Under the pieces are notes generated by a model. It worked only from the letters and a program-made list of their open reading frames with translations. It was not told the DNA's origin and did not search any database. Shown in pieces: positions 51,123 through 64,000 of a stretch of 64,000 nucleotides of DNA (within the stretch, counting starts at the first letter, position 1; every line of letters begins with the position of its first letter). The DNA comes from Malacoraja senta (Eukaryota), in NCBI GenBank assembly GCA_038087875.1, contig CM076001.1:2108001-2172000 (forward strand), written 5' to 3'. Both the position numbers and the translations under genes were made by a program.

Positions 51123-51878
51123 ACCCAAATACCTCTGCAAATTGTGGTAAATGCCTAGTCCAAGAATCAACTATAGCACATTCTTTTGTTTTTTGTATAA
51201 AAATTCAAAAATTTTGGAATGAAATTTTTGAAATCTTCATTAAATTATTTACAATAAAACTGAAACCGAATGCAGAACTGATTATTTTTGGAACAACAGA
51301 AGCAACTTTGGAGCTGACTTAGTTTCAAAGGAGTTTTCTTAGTTATGGTTTAATAACGGCAAAAAAAAATTATACTCAAATTTTGGAAAAATGCTCCTAC
51401 GCCAACAATAAAAATGTGGACTTCTAATATGTCGTAATTGTTACATCTAGAAGATATGAGATTCCTCCTAGCAGGTAAACAAGACCAATTCCAAAATATT
51501 TGGTCTCCATATATCGACTTATTACAAACATAGGGTGCAGCAAAATGTTGATAATAAATGGTTTTAGGACCTGGCGAGGGGTGAGTAAAGATAAGAAGTA
51601 GGTACATCCCTTTCATATGTCCTATCTTATTTTCTTTTTTCTCTTTTTTTCTTTTCTTCTTTAACTACTTCTTGTGGTTTAGGTTTCACATGTGTGTTCC
51701 TGGGCCACTTTTTCATTCACTCACTGACTGTCCTTGCTAGTTCTTTCTATTCTTCTTTTCTATTAAAGGTGAAAAACAGAAGTGGTACAAGAACTGTATA
51801 AATTTACGTTATTGCAGATTACTGTAATGTAAAATACTTCTAAAAAATTTTTTTTTTAAATAAAAAAAAATAAAAAAA
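51123..51878 (+). mobile_element. 5'-truncated L1/Tx1-type LINE with poly(A) tail and 16-bp TSD
   Basis: CGKC..TIAHSFVFCIKIQKFW (ORF2 C-terminal Cys/His motif); TSD AACAATTCTGATGATG at 51107-51122 and 51879-51894. Confidence 0.85.
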
Positions 51879-51994
51879 AACAATTCTGATGATGCAAGTT
51901 ACCTACAGCCGTTGAGATTCGTGCCGGGTATAAGTAGAAGTACGACATAAGTATTTCAGTAGTTATTGGTTATCAGCTCGTTTTTCCAAAGAAA

Positions 51995-54579
51995 ATGCAC
52001 GCGCCTGGAAATGGACCAGTCTTTGCCGTTTATTGCACTACTCTTGCGACGTTTGGCTTGCCACGTAAAAATCCCAGTAAACGAATAGCGGAAACCCAAG
52101 TTAAACCGTGTAACATCCAGTTGCAGGTCCCTTGTTAGAACGGTTAGATAAGTTTATTTATTGTCACGTACAGTGAAAAGCTTTGTTAATTTGAAAGTTT
52201 ATTTTCCTTTCACCTGTCTTACTTTGTAATCGACGCCCAGATTCCCCAATTTTTACTCATCTGGACATTTTAATTGGTACAATCTAGTGTCTCAATACGG
52301 AGAATGCATTCAATTATACTATTCCGTTTTCAGATTAACATTCGTTCGATTCGTTCTGTTGGTAACAAAGGCAGGCATTGCAATATGCACTTATTTGAAT
52401 GGCGTCGTTGCCGCCAGCGCAGCGTATGCAGTCTTCGTGCTTTAAACGAATTTTCTGTATCAGACTTCGCATGTCTGTGAAGGGAGGAACTGCAGATGCT
52501 GGTTTAAACCAAAGACAGGCACAAAAAGCTGGAGTAAGTAAGCCGGTCAGGCAGCATCTCTGGAAAAAGGGAATATTTTTAAAATATCTCCGTTTATACT
52601 TTTTTTTTTTGATAAAGCAGCTTCCATATGTTCATTTTCCTGTAAGATGTTAAACTGAAGCCGGTCCGCTTCTATGCGTCCAGAATCCGATGGGGTCATT
52701 ATATACCATGCGGGATAATTATCTCCGGCAAAGTCAACCTCTCCCCACAAAAACCGGAAAGTAACTTAATCGGTATCTGTATTTGAGTTTAGTGCATTGT
52801 CACGTGTACCGCGCTACAGGGAAAACCTTTACTGGTATTGATATATTATAGTTATTGATATATTATTGCCGTGTACGGAGATACAGTGGAATAATTTGTG
52901 ATGCATGATATGCAGGCAACTCATACCATTCAAGTGTACAATAGTTAGTGCTCAAGGGAAAATAAACAGCAGAGTGCAGAATAAAGTATTGCAAAGGCAG
53001 AGAAAGTGCAAATAGAAAAGTGTCAGGATGGCAATGGCGAACGCTTCAATCTTCGGTGCTGTTTGCGAGATCTTGGTGAACGCGCCGGAATTCCATATCC
53101 ACTCTCCTCGGTCTGGTTAAATTTTGTATCAGAACCCTGTTTTACTATCGGAATATACATAGTATGAATGAAGTTTGCCTAAGTTTTGTATCTTGTGCCT
53201 CAATAGGTCATGGCAAATTTAGGCAACTATTAGATAGGTCTATTATCACCAGATAATTTTATTCATGTTTGTCATTGGTTACCTGGGTCAGGTTCCACTG
53301 CTTACTTTCGAATGTATGTATTTTCCCAATTTAATATTATTTACATGCTTTTTTTTTTCAATTTCTTCCGTTCTAAACCATAAACATTTAAAACCAAATA
53401 ATACTAAGTTAAGCTATGTGGCAACGTTTGCATTGGGTGTGGTCATTTTAATTGATAAACGGGTCAGGCGGCGTCTCTGGAGGGCGTGGAGAGGCGAAAG
53501 TTTCGTGTCGGGACTCTTCTTTCATCTGATTGTAGGGGGAAGAGGAAGCTGAAAAAGAGATGGGGGGAGCACAAAGCCTCGCGAGTATTATTTTCAACCA
53601 CAGTAAATTTCACCAGGACTGAATTTCGTTTCTACGTTTCTATAAACTGGCGACGCGGCCGGAATTATGATGAATAACTCCATCGTATTTCTCTTTGTTT
53701 CACAGCCAATCTGGTGACGATCGTGATTCTCTCCCAGGGAAGATGCGGCCTTTCCAAATGCATCACTCGCTACCTGGTGTTCATGGCGATGTCGGATCTC
53801 CTGGTCATTATCGCAGCTGTGATATTGAGCCGGCTCCGGCCTATTTATTTCGCGCTTAGTTTCCTGGCAACAAATCCGGCCTGCAGTGTCGTTATTGCAG
53901 TCAGCTGGGCTTGCAAAGACACTTCCGTTTGGTTAACTGTCGCGTTCACCTTCGCCGTTTCCTGCCAGCGACTGAAGCACGGTTATTGTACGGAGAAAAC
54001 GGCGGCTGCAGTTATTGGAGTAGTCTGCGCGCTTGTCTGTTTCAAAAAAATAACGCTTTACTTTGTTTATGAGCCCTTGTATGTTATCGATAAGGTGCCC
54101 TGTTATTGCAGTATAAAAGAAATCTATTATACTTCAACTTCCTGGCGAGTTTATGACTGGCTGCATCGTATATTAAACCCATGTCTCCCTTTCCTTCTGA
54201 TTTTGCTACTAAACGCTCTGCAGTCAGACACATCCTGGCGGCCAGTGGAGCCCGCAAGAGGCTCCGAGCCCAGGACAACGGAGACAACCAGAGAGACCCA
54301 GAGATGGAGAGCAGGAGGAAGTCCATCATTTTACTCTTCGCCATCTCGGGTACTTTCATGCTGCTGCGCCTGACGTTCGTTGTCAACTTTCTGTTTGTGC
54401 AGTTTTCAAGCAATAACCATGCCAACAGTTCCAATTCCACTGACCAGAGGTTTATTCTTCAAGAAAGCGGATATATGCTGGAACTTCTCAGTTCCTGCAC
54501 CAACTCGTGTATTTATGCGGGAACGCAGACCAAATTCAGAGAGCAGTTGAAAAATGCGGTCACATACCCTTCAAGCTGA
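51995..54579 (+). pseudogene. GPR139-like GPCR pseudogene; exons 51995-52064 and 53706-54579
   Basis: Exon 1 MHAPGNGPVFAVYCTTLATFGLP; in-frame loss of four codons including the DRF motif near 53953; 1-nt deletion frameshift near 54221. Confidence 0.9.
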
Positions 54580-57500
54580 TTAACATAATCAAGTAAGTGG
54601 AAAGACCGTCAATGCACGCCCCTGCATCTCATGGTAATTGTAAAAATAAAAAATAAAAAGTTTACATCCTTGTAACCGTATGCAGGCTGCTCATTCATAT
54701 ATGATTGTCCGCTTTAGGTTAATGTGTGCTATCTGCAGTAAGCCAATGGATGATATAGCCTTGTGACAATAAAACCGGGTACGAAATAAGCGTTAGACTC
54801 TGACAGTACAAAGTTCCAAAATAAAATCGTCCTCGATTTCAGATTTGTCTGTGTGTTATTTGAGTATTATTCGTAAGAAACCATCTGCTGTCCATAACTA
54901 AGTTCCCTGAATTGACTGGTTCCCTGACTCAGATGGAAACTAAAATGCCGCCGAATTGCACGCGCTTCAGTCGCGTGTTAAGATAAACAGTAGGTCTCCC
55001 CGTTGGCGAGGTTCATTGGTCCAGGCTATGCTGACATGGATCCGAAGAACAGCATGGAGCCAACGCTATACATTGACATCCGCGCCACCGCAAAGATTCG
55101 CGTAAGGCAAGAACCCAGCATTAAGTGCAAGGCATTGATAATTTGATTTGTAGAACGGGCTGGATGCATTCCATATCTTCTTCATCAGCGTGACTGGGTT
55201 ATGCAGATTTATGCTCGTCGAAACTAAAAAGTTAACTGCCTCTTTCTAAAATAATGTCCAACGGTGCTGTGAATTTCTAAAATAATGTCCAACGGTGCTG
55301 TGAAATAATGAACATCAATGTAACTAATTTTCATCACGTCGCCTTTCTAAAAATTTGACAAGTTTATGGTGTTAATACCGAAAATATTTGTAAATACAGT
55401 ACACTGTCAGGACGTTGATAGAATCGTATATCCAAAAATAAACTGAACTCAGACTGAAACTCAATGATAAACGCGGCCGAGGCTCGAATCCTGTGCACGT
55501 AGCGGTATCAATGCACGTGCTCTAACCTCCCCTGCCCCGCAATCCCCGAAGGCATGGCAAAAAGGACTGGACACTGATTTGGCCGGAGGGACTTTAAAAA
55601 CCTACATAACCTCGAGGCGAAATGGGTAATAAGACAATCAATTTCTTACCGAGACTTATGCACGGTTACACAATTAACGGTGGCATTGAATATATGTTCC
55701 CTCTGGACAGCAGGGTCTATACATTTCCAACATGATACAATGCAACAGTTCGCATCCTTGTATCACACCTTCTCCAGCCAACAATGCGCCATTATGGACT
55801 CCACACTTCCTGAGTTCATTTGTTGCCGGCCTTGATTTTTTTCTGGCTTTTTCTCGACGCCAATTTATTTCCTCTCCGCCTACTTCTACGTTCAGTCTCA
55901 AAAAGCGTTCAGTCCCGAAACGTCATCTAGTAATTTTGTCTAGAGATGATGCCCACCCACATTTTGTGTCTATCTTTGGTATAATCCAGCATGATACAAA
56001 GCAACTCACGGTATTCAGATAGTAGCTTTGTTACAAAACCCCACCATCACTGGCGCTCCAGATCTTCCCACTGCCTGTGCGTGCGATTCTCTAGGCTGTT
56101 TGGGGGGATTATTAAAATGCAGGTTTGTATTGGTTGTAGGAGAGGAATTTGCTCGGACTTCAAGGTGATGAAGACAAATCGATGTACGATACCGCCCCCG
56201 TTTTTCTTTTAAGTTGCTGGTCGATTGCATCGCTGGATTGAAGTTGAACGCGACTTCAAACGCCTTCAACGCCTTCAACATCACGGATCGCAAGTGCAGG
56301 ACAAAACAAAAGGAATGTCGTTTATTTAACATCTTTTCTTGCTTTTTGGTGTGGTTTCATTTTAATCTGATGATGCGAAAAACGTAATTGAGGCCCCGAT
56401 ACTATATCGGCCGTGTCTTGCCTGCCGATAGGGGGCTGAAATCATAAATGTTGCGGCCACATTCCGATCGACCACAATCCAGAAACAGCCACTTTCAAGA
56501 TAATCAAATTCAGTTATTTTTCTTTGCACAATCCTGTCATAAGAACATCTAAGTCGTCTATATTTTGTGTTATTGTCTATCCATGATCAATATTTTCATA
56601 CTAAATATCTGAAAACTTCTACAGTAAAGTTGTAGTGAGATGTTGAGTATGAAAATATTGATCGTGGATAGACAATAACACAAAATACAGATAATTTAGA
56701 TGTTCTTATGACATGATTGTGCAAACAAATAATTATTTTGATTATCTTGAGCGTGGATGTTTCTGGAATTTGAACAAATTGTCCGTGAAAACGGCACTTG
56801 CCTGCTGCAGTGAGAAAGAGTAACATTTATTGGAATTGAACATTCAATTCCTTCCATTTGGCATAGTAATTCATGACAAAGTGAGATTTGAAAATCATGT
56901 TATATTGTGACTTCTTGTTTAAATGGGATCAGTTTGTTATTTGGATACTGTGGCTGTTTACAATTTTATTTTTAGCCTTTTCTTAAGAACGGGATAGATG
57001 TTTAGACCTAGTAATTGATTTAGATTAATTTAATTGATTTGATGACACTGATGAATATGTTTTTTGTTGGGTATTTACTATTTGTTTTAACGTTATAATA
57101 ATATTAAATTTCTGATCTTGAGAATATCACATTTTGGAATTTTCAAGTCAGTTTGGGTGTTTATTATTATTTCTGTCACAACTTATTTTTGTAATTAGCT
57201 ACGTAATTAGGTAATTAACTAATTATATACTTTAATTTCAGACCATCCAAGTAAGTTGTATCATATTTGTTTTATAATCTATCAATCTATAATAACTGAA
57301 AATTTCATTCAGTTCTCTTAATTTTTAAGAAAGTCATTGGCTTTTATGTCAATTGACTATCCTCGATCACAGTTCTTTGTGTTAAGTTAATGGAAAAGTA
57401 AAAGGGAACAAGTTGCAAATTTCCGAGTATGAAAATGACCACGATTTTTTTACTACTGAAGATATGAAAGTGGATTGGATATCAAATTAAAGTTATTTTT

Positions 57501-58229
57501 AAGCTTTATCTGATGGGATAAATTATAGGCTTGATTTTTAAGATCTGAAAAAATTGTAACATCCTACAGATAGTCATTCGCCATCACTCAGTAAAATAAT
57601 CTTAACCCTCCTCTTTGTTTCCCCTCTGCACATAACTACATTGTAGGAGCCATTAAGCCTAAGTCAGTATATTATAGCGATGTCTAACATTTTTAATATT
57701 TTCGTTTTTATCTGCCCGTACGTTTGTAGGTGGGATTTGATACGTTGAAGGGGTGTGTCTATTTCTAGAAGAGACTAGAGCAGACTCATAGATTAGGAGT
57801 CAGTTGGGTCTCGGAAGGATGATGAAAATACAGTTTTTTACCACACACATATGACATGATCACGACACGCGCAAGTGAATGAGACGACATACTTTTATAG
57901 GAAGACATTTCATATGATTTATGTGACTTTAATGGATCAGCGATTAAGAACGGAGAGTGACGGATTATTTATTTGCTATGTACTACTTCAATAAAAGACT
58001 AAGTAATCAAGAAACAACGTTTGGAAGATTCGTTTTTACTATCTTAAGTGTGTCGTGAGTGCGTAAAGTATACCTCCCACCCATTGCCGAGGAGTAATGG
58101 CTATCGAAGTTGGACTTTGAGAATGTCGTAAAGACTGCCATTATATGCATTATTGTCGATCTCATGTGTTTACTCTTGCATAATAATATCCCGGGAGTAG
58201 CATGGTTAAAACGTTTTGAATGCGCAAAT

Positions 58230-58725
58230 GCCCGATATAGCATCAGAGCCACACCATCCGATATAAGCCCTTCGGCCCAGTTAGCCCAAGTCGACAAAGA
58301 TACCCCTTGTAATATTTGCCTGCATTTGCCTGTTTTCCCCCGTATCCTATCCTGTGTCGAAATTGTCCTATTTGGTGAATCCTATTGTCCAAATCCGTTT
58401 GAAATGTTGTTGTAGTAGTTGCCTCCACGACCTCCCCTGGCAGCTCGGTCCATAAGCCCACCACAATCTGGGTGCAAAAATGCCGTTCAAGTTCCTACTC
58501 AATCTCACCTTAAAACTATCCCTCCTCGTTTTTGATTCCCCTACCCTGTGAAGCTTTGTCCATTCACCCTGTCCCTTGCACTCGTGATTTTGTCCACCAC
58601 GTTTGGATCAACACTCAGCCGCCAGCAGTGCACCGTATAAAGTCGCAGCCTGTCCAATCTCTCCCTATAGCTCATGCCCTCGTGTCCTTGCAACATCCTC
58701 GTAAATCTATTCCAGTCTCTTTCCA
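58230..58725 (-). mobile_element. CR1 3' fragments
   Basis: RFTRMLQG..SYRERLDRL and VVGLWTELPGEVVEA. Confidence 0.75.
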
Positions 58726-59039
58726 TTCGGACAGATTCAAGCTGCTCTTTCCCCTGTACTACACTGGTAATATTCTCAAAACAAATATCTTTTTTTTCTC
58801 CAGAGATGCTGCATGTCCTGCTGAGTTACTCCAGCATTTTGTTTCTACCTTCGTTTTAAACCAGCATCTGCAGTTCTTTCCTACACATCAAATCCTTTCA
58901 AATGCAGCCTGAATTTTACGGATGTTTGCAATGTTTTGCAAACGCTGCGTGGATAGATATTCAACTAATCTCTCTGACGCTTCTCCTGGGATCGTAGAAC
59001 ATGTTATTTACATTTCCGTTCCTTTTATTTGAATGATTG

Positions 59040-59046
59040 AATCCAT

Positions 59047-59082
<36 letters not shown>

Positions 59083-59520
59083 ACTTTATTGTCACGTGAC
59101 AAGTCACGGTGAAAATCCTTTCCTGCATACCCAAGGTATGCAATAGTCGCCACATAAAGAGTCGCCGACAAAGTTACAAATCATCCCGCGCCAGGTCCTC
59201 CTTTGTTCCCACCCCAAACCCCCCACCCACACGCCGGTTCCTCCATTGTTCTCCCCCCTCCCTGCTTCACGACGGTCCCTCCACGCCGGGTCCTCCTTCG
59301 TCATCCCCCAAGCAGCATCGTCCTCAATCCCACGTGGTCCGTCCTCGTGCATCGGCCGGCGCCCTCATCGAACGTTGCACCGACTTCTCGACTGTCGCCA
59401 CCGGGTCTCCTACTGACGCCTCATTGGCGCCGACCCAGGCCCGAGGCGCGGTTTCCGTCGACCCAGGGACCGGCCGCGGGTTCTGCCGAACCAGGCGGAG
59501 CAGGTCAGACATTGCCACTA
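59040..59520 (-). repeat. GC-rich interspersed repeat with (ATCA)n microsatellite tail
   Basis: (TGAT)n tail and AATAAAGTA on the minus strand; family not identified. Confidence 0.5.
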
Positions 59521-59894
59521 TTATTAAAATGAACCATTTTATCACTTACAATGTTACGTCATACGTGTGGTTACATGTCTTCCGTCCCAGGCCCAATCCT
59601 GTGGGCTACGTCTCGACATGTGTTATGTTGTACACTTCCAGTGTAAGTTGTACATTAAATTATGAATTGGAGGAAATTTATCAGGTTTAAATGCTGAGGT
59701 AAATGCGGACGGGTCTATCTCACTTTCAGCAGCAGCAGACATTGACAGAGTGCACATTACACAGGGTAATGTCTCGCAAAATACGTATTGTCTCACGCAC
59801 TCCGCACAATCATTTTTCGCGTTATAAAGCGAATAACCACAGATTCAGAAAATAACTTCAACGGTCTGGGCATGGAGTATAAAAAAATTGCAAG

Positions 59895-60420
59895 TCTTGT
59901 CTGAAGAAGGTTCTCGAAACGTCACCCATTCCTTCTCTCCAGAGTTGCTGCCTGTCCCGCTGAGTTACTCCCGCTTGTTGTGTCTATGTTGGGGTATTGC
60001 GTGCAGTTCAGGCCGCCCCGTTTCAGGAAAGAGAGGGAGGCTTTACAGTGGTGCAGATGAGGTTTGCCAGAATGGACTAGAGGGTATTAGCTACAAGAGT
60101 AGGTTGGACCAATTTGGATTGGTATATCTTGAACGTCGGTGGCTCAGGGGAGACCTGATAGTATAAGAGGCGTAGATAGGGCTGACAGTCAGAACCTTTT
60201 TCCCCGGGTGGAAATGTTAACGGCAATGTTTATCGGAGATGGGGTTTTTAACACGGAGGACGGTGGGTGCCTGGAACGCGTTGCCAAGGGGGTGTTCGAG
60301 GCAAATCGGATAGTGACGTACAAGATGGTTGTAGATAGACACGTGGATATGCAAGGAAAGTAGGGATATGGATCACACGGAGAGAGAGGAGATTATTATA
60401 ACTTGGCATCAGAATACCCC
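59895..60420 (+). mobile_element. Penelope-like repeat stub followed by a CR1 3' fragment
   Basis: CTGAAGA..GAAACGTC at 59901-59923; ISYKSRLDQFGL..RWLRGDLI. Confidence 0.7.
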
Positions 60421-60653
60421 CGTAACAGCATGAACAGGAAATATACTTGGAATTTAACATACTTTTATTTCAGATGTTTAGACCCTGAGGTGTAAACTTG
60501 CATTTGCCATTTCATTGGTGTGCCCGCTAGGGCGGGGTACATAGCATACATGACCAGCTCACATTAACAGTAAGGACGAAAAATATAATATAACTCTCAA
60601 GCTCCGTTACACTGACAATGCTCATTGTTGTTGTAGAGATAAATGTTTGCAGT

Positions 60654-63600
60654 CTATTTTAACCGCTTGCGAATTAGATGGAAAGGATATTTAACCACTT
60701 CCTGCAACTGCACTCTAAACTTAGTCTGTGTCCCCCCGTAAATACACGAGTTGGTACAAGAACTGAGTATCTCCAGCATGTATCCACTTTCTTGGAGAAT
60801 AAACTTGGGGTCATTGGAATTGGAACGGGTTGCATAACCGCTGCTTGTAATTTGTACAAAGAGAAAGTTTGCGACATATGTCAATCGCAACAGCATAAAA
60901 CTGCCCGAGATCGCCATGAGTAGAATGATAGACTTCCGCCGACTCTCCATTTCCGGGTCACTCTGTTTTTCACCTTTGGTCTGGGCCCGGAGCCTTTTGC
61001 GGGCTGCACTGACAGCTAGAATGTGTCTGACCGTCAGAACATTGAGCAACAGAATTAGTAGGAAAGGGAGGCATGGGTTCAAAACGCGGTGTAGACAATC
61101 ATACACTATCCATGCAATGGAAGTGTAGTACGAATCTGTTATGGTGCAAAACCAGGGTACATTATCAATTATATAGATTGGCTCATATATAAAATAAAAT
61201 GGGACGTTCTTCAAACAGCCTAACGCGCAGACCGTTGCAATAACACCCGCCGCGATTTTCTCGGTGCAATATATTAGTTTCAGTTTCTGACAGCAAATGG
61301 CGATGAACCGATCGAAGGTGAAAGCGACCGTCAACCAGACGGAAGTGTCTTTTGAAATCCAGCTGAGGACAATAAGGACCTTGCAGCTCGGAATGGTAGA
61401 CAGGACTGTGGTCGGGAAATAAATAGCACGAAGCCGGCTTAGGATCACGGCGGTGATGATGACCAGGAAGTCCATCACCGCCATGGACACCAGGTAGCGA
61501 GTGATACATTTGGAGAGGCCGCATCTTCCTTTGCATAGAATCACAATCGTCACCAAATTCGCTGCAGGACAGAGGGAGAGACCGGGTTATTAATAATTAG
61601 CTTCGCTGCTAGAAAATGCAACGCATTCTAACTTTGCTGGCTGATCCAGTCTATTCGACCATTGAATCGTGGCTGATCAATCTTTACTTCTCAACCTCAT
61701 TCACATGCATTCTCCCCATAACCCTTGACACACTTACTATTCCGTAATCTGTCGACTTCCGCCTTAAATTTGCCCATTTGACGAGCTCCACACAAAAGCG
61801 ATAAAAATAATTCCAAGTTCGCGCGTATAATCAACTAATTCATTTCATGCGTGTGATACGAGCCCAATTATCGCAGAACCAATGAATCATTTAATACACC
61901 AGAAAACAGTCCATGGAATGTAACCAGTTTACATGAAAACACTTAATGAAGATAGATGTTCTTCATGTAAAAAACTACCACCAGCGATGGAGGGTCACGC
62001 ATAAATCTGACAAAGCTTCATCGTAACGACTCCTTCGAAGCGGACGAAGGGTCCGCTCCATCCGAAACGTCGTCGTAACGATTCCTTCGATGAAGGGCAT
62101 GCCAGTAGCCCAAGAGGTCCCGCAAACATGAACGTTGGCAAATATTTCAAGATATTTTCCATCTCATGTTTCGTCGTTCAGTTTATATCAGAGCTACATC
62201 GTGGAAAGAGCCCTTTCATCCTACCAACCACGCCAACCATCGAACACCCGTTCACAATAGTTCTATGTAATCATACTTTACCATTCCAGCCAGTTTCTGA
62301 GTGGAAAGTTGCAGCTTCTCAACTTCCATTTCTAAACACGACATCCTTTGCCAGCAGAAGTTTCCACGGGGAGGGGGGAGGCAATATCTCGTTATTAAAG
62401 CGAGTTAACAAACATACCATTACAACGAAACCATTTGGTATACGGAAAGGATTCATGGCCGAAATAAAGATCATGACTTTCTGAATTAAGACACCGATGT
62501 CAGAGTTCAGTTCGTGTAATTACGTCGCTACGCATGAGATAGGTACTGGGCTGGCGACAATAAAACGCCTGAAAATATCAAGATGGTGATAGTTTATAGA
62601 TTACAATAAGAACTACAATTCAAAAAAAGTTGTGACAACCAACAAGTCGGAGAGCTTGGTAAAATAGAAATCCAATCTGCTATGGATAAGAAATGTATAA
62701 ATACGATGCCGCATTTATGGTTTAGATTAGACAGTCACAATATCTGTAAGAGTTATCATATTTTAATCAAAGTACAAAATAAAGAAAATACACTGGAAAA
62801 CAAAAAGTGCTGGAGTAACACAGCGGGTCAGGCAGCATCTTTGGTGAGTAAGGGAGAACGAATCGGCGACATTTTGGGTCGGGGCCCATCTTCAGACCTT
62901 CCTCCTATCCTGCCTCTTGCAAGATTGTCATCCTTTGCTCTCGAATACAGCCGCATCTGCTTCCACGCCGAGGCATTTCACTGTAGATTATCCAGAATGT
63001 CCTTTATTCAGTAAACGTAGATCCCCGTGCTGTCGCGGGTGGATCCCTCGCCCATGTGTCCTTTGTGCCCTTGTTCTGCTTATCGGATCCCTAACGCCAC
63101 CCCAAGCAGCTTAGAACAAGGGTTCAGATCCTGACCCGATAAGTTGCCTATTCATTACCTCCACAGATGCTGATGACTAGCTAACCACTCCGGCACTTTG
63201 TGTTTTGCTGCAAGATTCCAGTATTTGCAGCCCCTTGTGTCTCCAAAGAAAATATACAGGATAAAGGTAATTTAAAAGTAATTTAAGAATAAACATTAGA
63301 GGTAAAAACGTTTGAATGTAACGCGATGTTGAACTAAAAGTGCGTGCCATGCACCAATCTCTGCGTGCATCAGAGAATATTTTTAAATCAGCCATCAGAA
63401 ACTGGTCAAGTAATATATAATGAAATTAACATCGCGACCAAAAATGGTATAATCGAAGGAATACACTTCGTCGTCGTAACAGTCGGTAGGTAGTTGAAAA
63501 GAAATCATGAGTAATATATCGAACAATCAAAATACTCAACAACGAACGGTTACACGTTAGTTGTCCACGTTTAGTCTATTTTCACTCTTCACCTGGAACG

Positions 63601-63662
63601 CCGAAAGCAGCAAGGGCAGAATAATAAATAGCGAAGACAGGTCCATTCCCAGGCGCGTGCAT
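60654..63662 (-). CDS. Class A GPCR, GPR139/GPR142-like, 325 aa; exons 63662-63593 and 61561-60654
   Basis: Exon 1 MHAPGNGPVFAIYYSALAAFGVP with GTGAAG donor; CAG acceptor; DRF motif, SSCTNSCIY; exon lengths identical to the 38514 gene (70 and 908 nt). Confidence 0.9.
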
Positions 63663-63844
63663 AATCCGTTGGAACGATGTCCTGGTAAAATGCCGATTGT
63701 GAAATTACTACCGCAGTACATCTCTTTATATTAGATCACACCATTGAATCTAAAAATAGCTCAAACCATTAAAATTGTTAGTTACATGACTCGGAGAAAA
63801 ACAAATTAGCTCACAAACCTACATGCTTGAATGAATTGTTTAAT

Positions 63845-64000
63845 AAAGAACTGCAGATGCTGGAAAAATCGAAGGAAGAAAAAAATGCTGGAGAGACTCA
63901 CCGGGTGAGGCAGCATCTAAGGAGCGAAGTAATAGGCGACGTTTCGTGTCGAGACCCTTCTTCTGAAGAATAAACCTTTCTTCTGAAGAAGACCTTTCTG
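63845..64000 (-). repeat. Penelope-like repeat, cut by the window edge
   Basis: GAACTGCAGATGCTGG..GAGGCAGCATCT..GACGTTTCGTGTCGAGACCCTTCTTC, same family as 17185. Confidence 0.7.

Noticed and set aside
54900-55150. Hydrophobic minus-strand reading (ALHLMLGSCLTRIFAV..GSMLFFGSM)
   Set aside because: Interrupted by stops and not matched to any family I can name; needs BLASTX
56350-57760. AT-rich block resembling a non-autonomous DNA transposon
   Set aside because: No terminal inverted repeats or TSD could be located
59109-59690. 193-aa ORF
   Set aside because: Low-complexity Pro/Ser/Arg translation of a GC-rich repeat
1-64000. D, J, C segments, Ig-heavy-like or NAR-type V segments, CRISPR arrays, rRNA or true tRNA genes
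   Set aside because: None found; tRNA-like boxes all belong to SINE heads, and every V with a recognisable intact exon has its own leader

Overview
Eukaryotic DNA from a cartilaginous fish, probably a skate or ray; this is inferred from the HE1-type SINEs, CR1 LINEs with (TTTCTATG)n tails and Penelope-like repeats. The window is part of a T-cell receptor alpha/delta-type V-segment array. It holds five V genes with intact leader, V exon and recombination signal (RSS), one V with an open frame but both canonical cysteines lost, and three V pseudogenes or remnants. The V segments lie on both strands; no D, J or C segment was found. Interleaved with them are three two-exon class A GPCR genes resembling GPR139/GPR142 (two intact, one pseudogene). 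The rest is dense with transposons: CR1, L2, Rex1/Babar, a 5'-truncated L1, a decayed Gypsy element, a Passport-like Tc1, a hAT element with an 8-bp target-site duplication (TSD), tRNA-derived SINEs and hammerhead-core repeats. There are three assembly gaps. All calls are by eye; gene, RSS, TIR and TSD coordinates were counted base by base, while most LINE/SINE boundaries are approximate.
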